Below, in pieces: positions 48,437 through 59,365 of a stretch of 64,000 nucleotides of DNA (position 1 is the first letter of the stretch; every line of letters starts with the position of its first letter). The translations under genes and the position numbers were made by a program. The notes beneath the pieces were generated by a model. That model was given only the letters and a program-made list of their open reading frames with translations. It was not told where the DNA came from and made no database searches. Source of the stretch: a virus (taxonomy: Duplodnaviria > Caudoviricetes); the IMG/VR virus record IMGVR_UViG_3300025809_001850, one strand, 5' to 3'.

Positions 48437-49453
48437 ATGTCTGCTAATGTGAAACCTTTTTTTGAAGACACCACAATACCACATCTTAATTCAATTGTTA
48501 ATGGTGATTGTTATGAACTTTGTAAAGAACTTCCACCAAATTCCATTGATTGTGTGATTACATCACCACCTTATTTTCAACAAAGAGATTATGGAAGTAG
48601 TGTCGGAGAAGAAGAAACAATAGACGAATATATATACTCGTTAACCAAGGTTGTAAAAGAACTTGTAAGAGTTGTTAAACCAACTGGCAGTATTCTGTAT
48701 AATGTCGGTGACAAGTATCTACCCAACGATGGACTTCAACTTATTCCATATAAGTTTGCGGAACACATTAAAAATGAACTTAATTTATATTTGGTGAATG
48801 TTATTCAATGGCATAAAACGAATCCAACACCTCATCAATGTAAAACAAGACTTGTTAATTCTACCGAACCTTTCTTTCACTTTACATTAGAAAAAAGTTA
48901 TTACTATAACAAAGATGACTTTGAAAAAACTGATATTGATTTAAGTTGCAATCGTTCTGATACAAAAGGATTAAAATATCTTGATATGTTGAGTGAATCC
49001 ACTTTATCTGATTCTGAAAAGATATTTGCTGAACAAGAAATCAATAAAGTTATCAATGAATATAGACAAGGTGAATTGTATGACTTTCGTATAAAGATTC
49101 GTGGTGTTCACGCACCTGCGTATGGTGGTCAACAAGGTGGAAGAACAAACCAATTAAAGAACCAAGGATTCACCATCATTCGTATGCACGGACAAAAAAT
49201 GAAAACAGACGTACTAAGTCACGCAGTTGGCAATCACAAAAATACAAATCATTCTGCGATGTATCCAAGTTCTTTGATTGAAAGAATTATTCCGTTGGTA
49301 TGTCCTGAGAATGGAATTATACTTGATCCGTATATGGGAAGTGGAAGTACTGCAATTGCTTCTATGCATACCAATAGAAACTTTATTGGATTTGAACTTA
49401 ATTCTGATTATTGTGATTTAGCAAATAATCGAATAAAAAAGAACCAATCCTAA
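48437..49453 (+). CDS. DNA N4/N6 methyltransferase (beta class)
   Basis: TSPPY near the N-terminus; HSAMYP and LDPYMGSGST near the C-terminus. Confidence 0.88.
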   Translation: MSANVKPFFEDTTIPHLNSIVNGDCYELCKELPPNSIDCVITSPPYFQQRDYGSSVGEEETIDEYIYSLTKVVKELVRVVKPTGSILYNVGDKYLPNDGLQLIPYKFAEHIKNELNLYLVNVIQWHKTNPTPHQCKTRLVNSTEPFFHFTLEKSYYYNKDDFEKTDIDLSCNRSDTKGLKYLDMLSESTLSDSEKIFAEQEINKVINEYRQGELYDFRIKIRGVHAPAYGGQQGGRTNQLKNQGFTIIRMHGQKMKTDVLSHAVGNHKNTNHSAMYPSSLIERIIPLVCPENGIILDPYMGSGSTAIASMHTNRNFIGFELNSDYCDLANNRIKKNQS

Positions 49454-49465
49454 AATTGGTTCTTT
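49438..49465. terminator. putative bidirectional terminator between convergent genes
   Basis: 11-bp stem AAAGAACCAAT/ATTGGTTCTTT, 6-nt loop. Confidence 0.6.
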
Positions 49466-49487
49466 AATATAACCTTTGGTTTTTGTA

Positions 49488-49604
49488 TTACTCGTTACCG
49501 GTTAGAATATACCAAACCTGTAAGCAAATAATAAAACTAAATGCAACTATTCCACCAAGTAGTTCATAAACTGCGTATAACCTACTTTTTAGATTCTTAT
49601 TCAT
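49488..49604 (-). CDS. small membrane peptide (38 aa)
   Basis: ATGA overlap with clamp-loader stop; LLGGIVAFSFIICLQVWYIL. Confidence 0.45.
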   Translation of the reverse strand: MNKNLKSRLYAVYELLGGIVAFSFIICLQVWYILTGNE

Positions 49605-50557
49605 AGTGTTTGAACAATTTGTGCAATGGTTGATGCAAATGTAATTTCTTTATCAACAACTAAACTATCGTGGTAAGTTTGCTGATCAAGCATAATAACA
49701 ATGTTTGCACTTTTACCGGGAGCATACTCATCTACATTATCAAACAAAAACTTGTAAACATCTGTGAAGTCATTTATTTTTTCATTTGCAATAAGTTGAC
49801 GAGCCGTTAACCATGCATTCTTTTTGTCTTTACTTGCATTCTTTAGAATGTCCAACAACTTTAACTTATAGTCACCTTCAATAAGGTCTTCTTTGATAAT
49901 CTCAAGAGTACCATGAATGCTATTCTGTTGAGCATTGTTAATTACCTTACGAATATCAGGATAACCTTTGTTTACAATCAATGCAATATCATCTGGTTGT
50001 GCTTTGATTTCTTGTTTAGCAAGAATCTTGGCAAGATGAATTGCGACATCTTTACGATTAGGAGGAACGATGTTGAATGTTTGACAACGACTGACAATCG
50101 GTTCAATAATCTTTTCGTGGTAATTACAAGTAAGAATAAAACGAGTAGTCATACTAAACTGCTCCATTAAATTTCTTAAAGCAGCCTGAGCATTACCTGT
50201 GAGAAAGTCACACTCGTCAAGCAATACGACTTTAAGATCATTGAATCCCATACTGCTTGCGAACGACTTAATCTTGGTACGCACGGTATCAACATTGTTT
50301 TCGTCACTTGCATTGATATACAAATGATCACACGGAATCTGCTTTGTAATCAACTTACCAAGTGTGGTTTTACCTGTACCTGCTTTTCCATACAAAAGCA
50401 AATGTGGAATGTCACGTGACTCAATCCACGAAGCAGCTCGTTTCTTTAAAGGTTCGTTTCCAATATAATCAGAAAGGTCTTTGGGTCGATATTTCTCGAC
50501 CCAAAGACTATTTTCCGATTCAACTGGAGACTTTGTTGCTTCTTCTAAAAAATTCAT
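49601..50557 (-). CDS. gp44: clamp loader ATPase subunit (T4 gp44 / RFC-small-like)
   Basis: LWVEKYRP, GKAGTGKTT, INASD, LLDECD, RFILTCNY, SRC. Confidence 0.93.
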   Translation of the reverse strand: MNFLEEATKSPVESENSLWVEKYRPKDLSDYIGNEPLKKRAASWIESRDIPHLLLYGKAGTGKTTLGKLITKQIPCDHLYINASDENNVDTVRTKIKSFASSMGFNDLKVVLLDECDFLTGNAQAALRNLMEQFSMTTRFILTCNYHEKIIEPIVSRCQTFNIVPPNRKDVAIHLAKILAKQEIKAQPDDIALIVNKGYPDIRKVINNAQQNSIHGTLEIIKEDLIEGDYKLKLLDILKNASKDKKNAWLTARQLIANEKINDFTDVYKFLFDNVDEYAPGKSANIVIMLDQQTYHDSLVVDKEITFASTIAQIVQTL

Positions 50558-51282
50558 TAATCGGTTGTTTGAATTTCAACCAAGTAATAACTGCTACGGA
50601 AGTCACCGACTTCAAACTCAATGCTTGCAATTCCCTTGGAACTGACATTGAGAACGCTCTTTTCAGAGTCACTATTTGCATTAAGAATTTCCTTGAAATA
50701 CTTCGAGGAAAAACTAATGGGGTCTGTGAGAGTGCTTGACCCTTCGTTAATCGCACTTAAAGAAACACGATTACTATTGATTGTGGAATAACCAATTACC
50801 AACTGAATTCCGTCTTTTGAAGGAACAATGGTAAATGTATCACAATCACTTAATGCACTTGCAGAACGAACAAACTTCTTCGCGAAGTCGTTGCTGAAAG
50901 GAATTTGCAGATCATATTCTGGTAAATCCTTCAATGCAGGAACATTAGGAATTACTGCTAAGTCAGCAAGCATGAAGTTTACACTTGTTGTATCGTCTGA
51001 TACACTAACACTAACGTTCTTTTCGTTTTTCTCAACGACTTCAACATTAATGTCATCACCAACAACTGCTAAAAGTTGCTTTAACTTTGCAGTATCATAA
51101 ACACCAATTTCACCTTCACCGAGTTCAAAGTCTTTTGTAGAAACTTTGCCGAGAACACTTTTGTCATCGGTAATGAAGGTGGTTTCGCAAACGTTGTCTC
51201 CGTTGGTATTCCATTTAACTGATTCCACGTTACCATTAAGGTTGTAACGAGAAATGAATTGTAGTACTTTATCTTTTTTCAT
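50557..51282 (-). CDS. gp45: sliding clamp (T4 gp45-like)
   Basis: Position before clamp loader; IGVYD...L...L motif; acidic beta-rich 241 aa. Confidence 0.75.
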   Translation of the reverse strand: MKKDKVLQFISRYNLNGNVESVKWNTNGDNVCETTFITDDKSVLGKVSTKDFELGEGEIGVYDTAKLKQLLAVVGDDINVEVVEKNEKNVSVSVSDDTTSVNFMLADLAVIPNVPALKDLPEYDLQIPFSNDFAKKFVRSASALSDCDTFTIVPSKDGIQLVIGYSTINSNRVSLSAINEGSSTLTDPISFSSKYFKEILNANSDSEKSVLNVSSKGIASIEFEVGDFRSSYYLVEIQTTD

Positions 51283-51289
51283 AGTTTAT

Positions 51290-51318
51290 ATAATATTATT
51301 TTAATTGTTATTTGTCAA
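51290..51318 (-). promoter_or_regulatory. sigma70-type promoter for clamp / clamp-loader operon
   Basis: TTGACA-17 nt-TATTAT on the minus strand. Confidence 0.7.
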
Positions 51319-51326
51319 TGTTTTTG

Positions 51327-51578
51327 TTATTCATCGGGGTTTTCCAAAATCTTTTCGTAATTGTACTCGTTTTTCTTTTTTGCACAATTGGTTACAAGTT
51401 CTTGTACATAGGATGAAAGTAGTTCTTGTGATACGGTATCTATATTTTTTTCTGTTTTTATCATATCTAAAAATGCGTCATTAACTTCAAATAACATATC
51501 AGGAACACCTTGTTCGGTTTGTGTTATATCGATCACTTCTATGTGAGGTTCTTTGCTTTTTTTATGATATGCATCCAT
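51327..51578 (-). CDS. hypothetical protein
   Basis: 83 aa ORF. Confidence 0.6.
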   Translation of the reverse strand: MDAYHKKSKEPHIEVIDITQTEQGVPDMLFEVNDAFLDMIKTEKNIDTVSQELLSSYVQELVTNCAKKKNEYNYEKILENPDE

Positions 51579-51942
51579 CTGTGATCATACTCCTAAGTTG
51601 TGCAGGTATCATCTCCACCTTTTCATTTTTTGTATTATTCAGAACAAGAGAGTGGTTTTTGATTTCTGCGTTCATAAAACTGTCTATATCAAAAAAGTGA
51701 ATAATATTCTTATATGATATTTCTAATATTCTATCGGAAGACTTCATACTCTTAATGTCATGTAACTTATGCTCATACATTTGATTTCTAATCATAATAA
51801 CGTGACACTCGGTTATTGCAGAATACAACCCGTAGAACTTTTTTTCTTTTTTGAGATCAAACATAGAAGAAAACCTAGATGCGTATTTTTTGTAACGATC
51901 ATCTTGTTCTTCTTCTATATCAAATAAGTCTTCGTAAAACAT
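51562..51942 (-). CDS. hypothetical protein
   Basis: 126 aa ORF behind a strong promoter. Confidence 0.6.
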   Translation of the reverse strand: MFYEDLFDIEEEQDDRYKKYASRFSSMFDLKKEKKFYGLYSAITECHVIMIRNQMYEHKLHDIKSMKSSDRILEISYKNIIHFFDIDSFMNAEIKNHSLVLNNTKNEKVEMIPAQLRSMITDGCIS

Positions 51943-51965
51943 TTTTAATTTTTATATATGTATAT

Positions 51966-51994
51966 ATTATATTATATATGTATATATAGGTCAA
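51966..51994 (-). promoter_or_regulatory. sigma70-type promoter
   Basis: TTGACC-17 nt-TATAAT on the minus strand. Confidence 0.75.
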
Positions 51995-51997
51995 GCA

Positions 51998-53116
51998 CTA
52001 TTTCAATAATTGATCTGGATTGAGTGGAATTAAATCATTAACAACGAACTCTCCGTCTTTGCGAATAAGTTCATCATCAAAGTAAATTTCACCTCCACCA
52101 TAGTCTGGTCGTTGAATCTTGACCATATCCCAATGAACCTGTGAATCATTTCCATTGCTTGCATCGTCATAGCATTGACCAGGTGTAAAGTGAAAACTTC
52201 CACCAATCTTTTCATCAAATAGAATATCACGCATTGGATGTGTAACATATGGATTGAATCCAATAGCAAACTCACCAATGTATCTTGCTCCGGCATCACT
52301 ATCAAGAATTTCGTTTAGTGCCTCGGTGCTTGCATCACTATTTGCGGTTGCGTCCACAATTTTTCCATTCTTGAATTCCAACCGAATTCCATCAAAGTCT
52401 GTTCCACGATAAATTGTCGGAGCATTAAACTGAATGTGTCCCTGGACACTATCCTTGATTGGACAACTGAATACTTCTCCATCCGGAATGTTATGAGTTC
52501 CACCACAAGCAACTGCACCTATATCTTTAATAGAGAAACGCAAATCTGTATCATCACCTTTAATGTGAATTTTATCTGCGTTTTGCATTCTTGTTTGAAG
52601 GTTACTCATACCCGGATTAAACTTGGCATAATCAAATGTACATACATCAAAGTAAAAGTTCTCAAATGCTTCGGTACTCATATTTGCTTGCTGTGCCATT
52701 GCAGGAGTAGGCCATCTTAGAATACACCACTTGGTTTGATTTACACGATAATCAAGATAAGGTTTGGTGATCTTGGACATCATTGTTTTGATGTCTGCAT
52801 CTACATCACTTGTTTCGTATATATTATGAGAACCTGCGATAGCAATATAAGCATCCATTTCTTGAATCTTAGGCATACTAAACTTCATAAAAATTTCCAT
52901 TTGCTCTTTGGTTGCGTGAAGCATCACCTCACGACCTATACGACTTTGTGATGTTTGTACAAAAGGTATTCCTCCATATTCACGAACTGCACGAACGAGT
53001 GCAATCGTCATATTTTCCGGCACTTCTGTGTTGTCTATTAATACCTTTTCTCCTTTCTGTAAAGACACACTATGTCTTACAAGAAGGTCTGCTAATTTTG
53101 TATAGTTCTGTTCCAT
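51998..53116 (-). CDS. aminopeptidase, M29 (AmpS/PepS) family
   Basis: [52 protein letters not shown]. Confidence 0.9.
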   Translation of the reverse strand: MEQNYTKLADLLVRHSVSLQKGEKVLIDNTEVPENMTIALVRAVREYGGIPFVQTSQSRIGREVMLHATKEQMEIFMKFSMPKIQEMDAYIAIAGSHNIYETSDVDADIKTMMSKITKPYLDYRVNQTKWCILRWPTPAMAQQANMSTEAFENFYFDVCTFDYAKFNPGMSNLQTRMQNADKIHIKGDDTDLRFSIKDIGAVACGGTHNIPDGEVFSCPIKDSVQGHIQFNAPTIYRGTDFDGIRLEFKNGKIVDATANSDASTEALNEILDSDAGARYIGEFAIGFNPYVTHPMRDILFDEKIGGSFHFTPGQCYDDASNGNDSQVHWDMVKIQRPDYGGGEIYFDDELIRKDGEFVVNDLIPLNPDQLLK

Positions 53117-53156
53117 AATGTTTTATATTTTATATATTTATATATGTATATACAAG

Positions 53157-54602
53157 TTAAAATGCAAAGAATTCTTTGCTTTTATTTTTATCACTTGCTT
53201 GTGTAGGACTTTCCGCATCATTTACTCGTGTTTTAGCAATAATAGCATAATCCTTTTCTTTTTCAATTCCAATATATTTTCTATCAAGCATTTTAGCCGC
53301 AATACAAGTTGTTCCACTTCCAACAAACGGATCAACGACCACATCATTCTCACGACTTCCAAGTGTTATCAAGTAACTCATTAGTTCAATCGGTTTAACG
53401 GTTGGATGAACATTTTGTTTTTCCGTGACAAATCTACCAGTAACATCGTTATCGATTTTGCTATTGCTCATATCTTCTGCATTTCTTCTTCCTGGCATTG
53501 AAGAACTTTTCTTTTTAGGAAGATGTTCAAGACCTTTGTTTTTTTCTGCTTTGCTTGCTTTTGCAACAATCATAAAAGGAAAAGTCTTTTGAACACTTTC
53601 GGGTAATTTATGTATTTGTGATTTCCACCAAGAATCCAAATCGTAAAAACGAGAAAACGATCCTTCGTCTCCGTAAGTTCTTCCGGCAGGTTTACCTGTG
53701 CTTTCTTGCCAAATACCACCAGATGCACTTCCACTATCTGTGTGTTTTCCTTTGCTTCGTTTTACTCCATCATTAAGTACATCATCTTGTACAATTAAGT
53801 TAGCTGCGAATCTTCCGTCTGGTATAGCAGATTCATCGTATTCTATTTTTTCGTTTCCTGTTTGATAAAAAGATTCAGCATTACTACCAGTTCTATTGCC
53901 ACTATACGAACCACCTTTCAAAAGTCTACAATCTTTTTCGTAAGGAATTCTGCAATCATCTAACCAAGTAATTCCTTTACCATTTTTCATTGCTTGCTCA
54001 ATCGTGGTTTTTTCTGTAATTGGTTTCATTGCAACAAGTACAACTTCTACCGCAGGTTTTGGTTGGTAACCTACATAAGAACCTTCAAGTGCGTTTGCTT
54101 CATCGGATGCAGGTTCAGTTATTTCTTTCACGGACATATCATTATAGTCCGACCGATTTTCAGATTCTCTCCAATTTGTATTTATTGCAGATGATGAACG
54201 GGATTTCCCATCATACTTTGAACGTGGGTCTATTGTTCCTGTTATCTTTCGTGTCTTTCCAAGTTTTTTATCAACTGCTTTTCCAACATTTGTTGCTTTT
54301 GGAAATCCCGTTGCGTATGTCCAATAAATCGGAGTGAATCCAATATTGAATCCTGCGTCTTCTAAACGAACCATCATACGACTTTGTACATCTGAACGTG
54401 GTGCTGACATAACAAAGCAGAATCCTCCTGGTTTCAAAACTCGTAAACACTCTTGCCAAATTTCTAATGCAGGAACTGCTTTGTCCCAATCACGATTCAT
54501 AAACGAGTATCCATAAGGTGGGTCTGTACACACCAAGTCTACCGATTCATCCTCAAGTTTCTTGAGGACTTTTAAACTATCTCCATTGATTATCTTATTC
54601 AT
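53157..54602 (-). CDS. DNA N6/N4 methyltransferase (beta class, large insert)
   Basis: TDPPYG, HPTVKP..LM.YL, DPFVGSGTT; ATG at 54602 overlaps upstream stop. Confidence 0.9.
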   Translation of the reverse strand: MNKIINGDSLKVLKKLEDESVDLVCTDPPYGYSFMNRDWDKAVPALEIWQECLRVLKPGGFCFVMSAPRSDVQSRMMVRLEDAGFNIGFTPIYWTYATGFPKATNVGKAVDKKLGKTRKITGTIDPRSKYDGKSRSSSAINTNWRESENRSDYNDMSVKEITEPASDEANALEGSYVGYQPKPAVEVVLVAMKPITEKTTIEQAMKNGKGITWLDDCRIPYEKDCRLLKGGSYSGNRTGSNAESFYQTGNEKIEYDESAIPDGRFAANLIVQDDVLNDGVKRSKGKHTDSGSASGGIWQESTGKPAGRTYGDEGSFSRFYDLDSWWKSQIHKLPESVQKTFPFMIVAKASKAEKNKGLEHLPKKKSSSMPGRRNAEDMSNSKIDNDVTGRFVTEKQNVHPTVKPIELMSYLITLGSRENDVVVDPFVGSGTTCIAAKMLDRKYIGIEKEKDYAIIAKTRVNDAESPTQASDKNKSKEFFAF

Positions 54603-55494
54603 TAAAGTCAAAAAATTTATTTGATTGTACACGCAAGTCATCAAGTGAGCAATAGTCAGGAACTTCATACTCTCCTTCTTTGCGGAATACCATAACGTAT
54701 TCGTGTATCTTGCTTGTGTATCTTTTGCTTGCTACCTTACCTGCTTGCAACGGAGCAAATGGACTGATGTTCTTCATTATGATTGTATCGTGGTGAATCA
54801 ACTTCTCTTTGGTAAACAAAGAAATCAAGTCAGAATGAAACGAACGAAATCCACTACCTTTGGGACATCTCCAATCACCGACAACCCATACACAGAATGC
54901 TCCTGGTTTCAGTACACGATTAATGTGGTATCCACAATAACCGATTTGCTTCAAAAACTTTTCGTAAGTTTCGCAATCACTTAATTGATTTTTCGTACTT
55001 TCATACTCTTCAAGATTATGATACGGAGGACAAGTAAACACCAGATCAGCAGTTTCATTTTGTGTGTGAAGCATTTCTGTTCCATCACAATTAAAAAGTT
55101 TAGGCGATACCCCCAACTTTTTAAAATGCTCCGTAACTCGTTTATATGTCGTTGGAGAAATTTCGTAACCTTCGTATTGCCTTTCCATCTTGGATGCCAC
55201 TACCGCACGGGTAGCACGACCTGCGAAGGGGTCTACAACCACACTTCCCTTCATGCTCCAGTAACGAAGTATCTGCTCTGCTACTCCTGCGTGGAACTCA
55301 CTAAACTTTAATCCAGGAAGATACTTGGCATCATCACTTCGTCTGCTTTCGTTTTCTCCGTCATCAAGATATGCTTCTTTCCAAGATGCCTTCGACTCTT
55401 TGGTTGGTTCAAGAATACTCATAGGCAACCAACCGAATTGCTCATCGATTCGACAATCGTTTCTAATGGGTAATACTTGTTTATATACCTTCAT
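54595..55494 (-). CDS. DNA methyltransferase-like protein (alpha order)
   Basis: VVDPFAG (SAM-binding) followed by FTCPPY (catalytic-like). Confidence 0.8.
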   Translation of the reverse strand: MKVYKQVLPIRNDCRIDEQFGWLPMSILEPTKESKASWKEAYLDDGENESRRSDDAKYLPGLKFSEFHAGVAEQILRYWSMKGSVVVDPFAGRATRAVVASKMERQYEGYEISPTTYKRVTEHFKKLGVSPKLFNCDGTEMLHTQNETADLVFTCPPYHNLEEYESTKNQLSDCETYEKFLKQIGYCGYHINRVLKPGAFCVWVVGDWRCPKGSGFRSFHSDLISLFTKEKLIHHDTIIMKNISPFAPLQAGKVASKRYTSKIHEYVMVFRKEGEYEVPDYCSLDDLRVQSNKFFDFNE

Positions 55495-58001
55495 TAAAAG
55501 GAGAAGAACTTCTGGGCAGTTGCAAGATTCTCACTTGCAAAGTCCCAATTAAGTGCTTGGTAAAAATCACGGAGTTTTCCTTCAAGTTCTCGCTCAAACA
55601 ACTTGTCCTTATCCGCATACTTCTCAATAAACTCCATAAGTTCAGGTGGGTCTTCGTATCCACGAAACGCAAGAGCATCTAAACCAAGTTCATTGTTCTT
55701 TAAATAAATCCACTTTATCTTTTCTCCGTTACGAATAGGTTCTGCTTGAATCTTAAACTTCTTGATAAACTGATTATGAATAATACTTGCTTTAACGTGA
55801 GCAGGTGTACTCTTCGCACACTCACCAACAACCGCACCTTTATCCATCATCTTTAAATACTTGGTTACATTTTTAACTGCACTTGTTTTTGCGATGTCTT
55901 GAACCGACTCATTTTTGACTTGTCGTTTAAGAGCAACGATTTTGTCATCAATTTCTTGTTTTGGAACATCCTTCAAAATGTCTTTAAGAATCTCTGTCAT
56001 AAACGCACGGAATCGTGTGGGGTAACTACTACGCACCACATCAAGACCTTTAACTTCCAATTCATCACAAGTAACACCGTTGTTGTTGATAATCCATTGT
56101 GCATATCGTTTCTTTGCCAACCAAATACTTGCTTTGGAAATAACTTCTTGTTTAATGTCATAACGATGTTCTTCAATATTAAAGAAACGTTTTGCCATCA
56201 CATCATAACTTTTGTTGATAAAATTCTGTACATTACCTGCGACCTCTAAAATAGCAGCTGCCATTTCATCATCATTCTTTACATCAACATTGGGCATTGT
56301 TTTTTCTACGATAGGCAATGCTGAAAAGAATACCGAGTCGGTATCAATGTAAATACAATGATCTTCGGTATCACCGAGAGTTTTATTGTAATAGTGATTC
56401 GCAATCTTGCGACTGAACTTAATCACGGACACACCGGTGGTTGTAACTGCTTCTGCATTATCTACATCGTAAAAACGAAAGATAGGCAAACCGAGAACAC
56501 CATACAAAGAATTAAGAAGAATCTTTTGTACGTGTTGTCTTCTTTTATAGAACACATACTTGGCGTCGTCACCTGCGTTACCATATTCTTTCATTTTATC
56601 TTTGAATTCAACTCGTTGATTAAACCATTGCTCAAGAATCGCAGGAATAAGTCCTACTTTTTCTTTGGTATACATTACACCATTGCTACTAATAGCAAGA
56701 TTGTTTTCCTTCAAAAATGTTTTGAATTCATCTGCTGAATATACATCTCCACGAAACCCAACTTCGGTTTGTTCGCCATCACAGAAATCTTCGGGACTCC
56801 AATTATCAACGACACCCACTTTAGTTTCAGGAGAAATATTCGTGGACATAATGATAGAAGGATACAGAGATGTCAAATCCAAATCAAACACCCACTTGTA
56901 TTTACCTGGTGTAGGAGCAGCCACATACGCACCACTAAACTTTTTTGATCCATCACCTTTAATCTCATTGAATTTGTCGCGACCATCTGGATCTTTATTT
57001 GGAGCAACAAGATTGTGTCTGCGTAAATATGTAAGCAACGCACCCTCAAGATAACGAGACGAAAACAAAATATCTTCATAAGGAACATGACCGACATGAC
57101 AAATGCTACGAGTCAACTCGATGAGCTCCATCTTTTTGTCAATCTCCACAACAATCTTTACGTCATTCAAATTGTATTCAATAAACTTCTCGATGTCCGA
57201 GGAAAATAGATCATCAAGATTACCTTCATATTCAATTTTTCCTATACCAACTTCTTTGCGACCAATTGAATCGAGACGATAACTTGGTTCAACTGAGTAT
57301 GTAAAGTTTTTGTACAACACAAGATAATCCAAGCAACTAACACCTGCAATCACGATTCGTTTCTTGAATGGATGAAAGTATGCGTGGCCAATCGGACTCA
57401 AACGATTTGCTTCTTCTTGTCCTAACACTCTTGCAAGTCTGCGATACAAATAAGGAACGTCAAATCCATCAATGTTCCAACCTGTTAATATTGTCGGACT
57501 AATCTCTTGATAAAAATCAAGAAAATGAGAAAGTAATGCTCGTTCATTATCATAAGAATAAACTGATACGTCATCATTAGAGTAATTGGTGATCTTGTCT
57601 TCTTTATCAAGAATCAACACCACATAATTATTGGTGCAACTATCGTGCCACGCAATAGCAGTAACGGGATTGTTTGCTTTTTCTGTATCAGGTAAATCAC
57701 CTTCCATACTCACCTCAATATCAAAATTCATAACGCAATGACCGGTGCTTGGTTCATCATCGTCTTCGTACAAATCAATTAGATTACGAGTTTCAATCGG
57801 CACATCCGATTCAAACAGACCTGTATCTTCATACCTATACTTTGTTACCTTTTCTAACTTGTCACCATACATACTGCGATACATTCCGTTCGGAGACTTT
57901 TTGTATGCGTATGGTTTATTCTTGAATGTTACGAGACCTTTTTTATCGTCCCACAGATAGACCGTATGATCTTTTTTATTTACGAATATGTTTTGATACA
58001 T
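55494..58001 (-). CDS. gp43: family B DNA polymerase (T4 gp43-like)
   Basis: FDIEV (Exo I), GWNIDGFD, YNLND, DLTSLYPS, KILLNSLYG, YIDTDS. Confidence 0.97.
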   Translation of the reverse strand: MYQNIFVNKKDHTVYLWDDKKGLVTFKNKPYAYKKSPNGMYRSMYGDKLEKVTKYRYEDTGLFESDVPIETRNLIDLYEDDDEPSTGHCVMNFDIEVSMEGDLPDTEKANNPVTAIAWHDSCTNNYVVLILDKEDKITNYSNDDVSVYSYDNERALLSHFLDFYQEISPTILTGWNIDGFDVPYLYRRLARVLGQEEANRLSPIGHAYFHPFKKRIVIAGVSCLDYLVLYKNFTYSVEPSYRLDSIGRKEVGIGKIEYEGNLDDLFSSDIEKFIEYNLNDVKIVVEIDKKMELIELTRSICHVGHVPYEDILFSSRYLEGALLTYLRRHNLVAPNKDPDGRDKFNEIKGDGSKKFSGAYVAAPTPGKYKWVFDLDLTSLYPSIIMSTNISPETKVGVVDNWSPEDFCDGEQTEVGFRGDVYSADEFKTFLKENNLAISSNGVMYTKEKVGLIPAILEQWFNQRVEFKDKMKEYGNAGDDAKYVFYKRRQHVQKILLNSLYGVLGLPIFRFYDVDNAEAVTTTGVSVIKFSRKIANHYYNKTLGDTEDHCIYIDTDSVFFSALPIVEKTMPNVDVKNDDEMAAAILEVAGNVQNFINKSYDVMAKRFFNIEEHRYDIKQEVISKASIWLAKKRYAQWIINNNGVTCDELEVKGLDVVRSSYPTRFRAFMTEILKDILKDVPKQEIDDKIVALKRQVKNESVQDIAKTSAVKNVTKYLKMMDKGAVVGECAKSTPAHVKASIIHNQFIKKFKIQAEPIRNGEKIKWIYLKNNELGLDALAFRGYEDPPELMEFIEKYADKDKLFERELEGKLRDFYQALNWDFASENLATAQKFFSF

Positions 58002-58009
58002 TGAATATT

Positions 58010-58038
58010 ATAGTATCGCAATTTATATAAAAAGTCAA
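58010..58038 (-). promoter_or_regulatory. sigma70-type promoter for DNA polymerase (same CTTGACTTTTTATA repeat family)
   Basis: TTGACT-17 nt-TACTAT on the minus strand, 8 nt before ATG. Confidence 0.75.
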
Positions 58039-58562
58039 GCACCGGTGCTTCCGAATCCACCTTTTCCACGATCAGTCTCTGACAACTCTTCTACAATTTC
58101 AAATTCAACTTTGTGAGTTTCTGCAATTACAAGTTGTGCAATCCGTTCACCTTTTGTATAAATTTTGTCCATATTAACTTTAGTGAGCAATGGAATAGTT
58201 GCTTGGTCTCCAAGAATTCTTGCTTGAATGTCTTCGGGTTGTGTGATGTACTTGAATCGCACAAGCAACTCTCCACGATAACCACAATCAATCAATCCAA
58301 CTGAATTTGCAAGCATTAGATTTTTGTTGCTGATACTGCTTCTTGGGAAAATATTAGTATGATAAACTTTATCGTCAACACACGGTTCTATATATAAATC
58401 TGTGTGATACTGAATGTAATCTATTCTTGACCATGCTTTTGCTTCTTCATTGTATTCACCCGAAATTGCTGGATGTGATGATGCGACTAAATCATATCCT
58501 ACATCATATTGCGTTAAATTTTTTGGTACAATACTTCCGGTATTTTTTATCTTAATTTTCAT
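58035..58562 (-). CDS. dut: dUTPase (trimeric)
   Basis: GYDL, FPRSSI, LANSVGLIDCGYRGEL, RIAQL, RGKGGFGSTG. Confidence 0.93.
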   Translation of the reverse strand: MKIKIKNTGSIVPKNLTQYDVGYDLVASSHPAISGEYNEEAKAWSRIDYIQYHTDLYIEPCVDDKVYHTNIFPRSSISNKNLMLANSVGLIDCGYRGELLVRFKYITQPEDIQARILGDQATIPLLTKVNMDKIYTKGERIAQLVIAETHKVEFEIVEELSETDRGKGGFGSTGA

Positions 58563-59028
58563 TCAGATATAATATCGCATCTTCAAAGGTATTGACAACC
58601 TTAATATCATTTTCTTTTGCTTCGTGTTCAAGCAGATGTCTCCAAAACTTAATGGTTGGCCACATATGATTTTGATTTATTTCCACCAGATTTTGTTTAT
58701 GTCGTTCTTCATCAATGGTAACAAGAACATTAGGTTTAATAGGCCATTCCCAAAAACTTCTTGCACTCCACACTTCTGGTATGCTCAAAATTGTATCATT
58801 GTTTTTTAACCAAGATTCCAAAACTTTCCAGGAATCTTGTGAAAAAGAAACTGCAACTTGATGTTCTTCAATGTGTGGACACGCATAAATCTTATCAGAG
58901 AATTCTTTTTTATCAAAGTGATTTGGCCAACCTATTTTGTTTGCTATGATTTCATCGCAATCTGCAAATCCAAGTGATTTGCTATGATAAGTTTTTCCTG
59001 AATGCCTAACTGCTGATATTATCTTCAT
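58552..59028 (-). CDS. possible small P-loop kinase-like protein
   Basis: SAVRHSGKT degenerate Walker A followed by DCD. Confidence 0.35.
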   Translation of the reverse strand: MKIISAVRHSGKTYHSKSLGFADCDEIIANKIGWPNHFDKKEFSDKIYACPHIEEHQVAVSFSQDSWKVLESWLKNNDTILSIPEVWSARSFWEWPIKPNVLVTIDEERHKQNLVEINQNHMWPTIKFWRHLLEHEAKENDIKVVNTFEDAILYLNEN

Positions 59029-59365
59029 TTGAATAATATTTTTGAATGAGTTTTACAAGGACGTCTCCGTGGCAAGGTTTGGGTTTACACCAACAACCGA
59101 GTATTTTTCCTCTAAGTGTTTTAAGTTCATCAATGAGTTGAGGTTGATCTTCGATCCATTCTTCATAATTTTGAATTGCATCTGATTTACTTGCAACACG
59201 GAACTTTGCAAGAGTTTTATCTTTTGACGAAAACGGATTACCCCATATAGAAGGTCTTCCGATGTAGACATCATATTCTGATTTCTTGCAATGGACTACT
59301 TTAGTTGTATTTGTGTTTATTTCTAAGTTAGAATAAAATGATAAATTAACTTTTGGTTGTGTCAT
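59006..59365 (-). CDS. DUF4326-like protein
   Basis: VVHCKK..YDVYIGRPS.WGNPF, L.GK.LGCWC.P.PCHGDVL. Confidence 0.85.
   Translation of the reverse strand: MTQPKVNLSFYSNLEINTNTTKVVHCKKSEYDVYIGRPSIWGNPFSSKDKTLAKFRVASKSDAIQNYEEWIEDQPQLIDELKTLRGKILGCWCKPKPCHGDVLVKLIQKYYSNEDNISS

Noticed and set aside
55899-57054. Plus-strand ORFs of 116-129 aa antisense to the DNA polymerase
   Set aside because: Shadow ORFs with no recognisable domains.
55494-58001. Intein or intron in DNA polymerase or rIIA
   Set aside because: Lengths (835 and 752 aa) and motif spacing are normal; no intein or LAGLIDADG motifs are visible.
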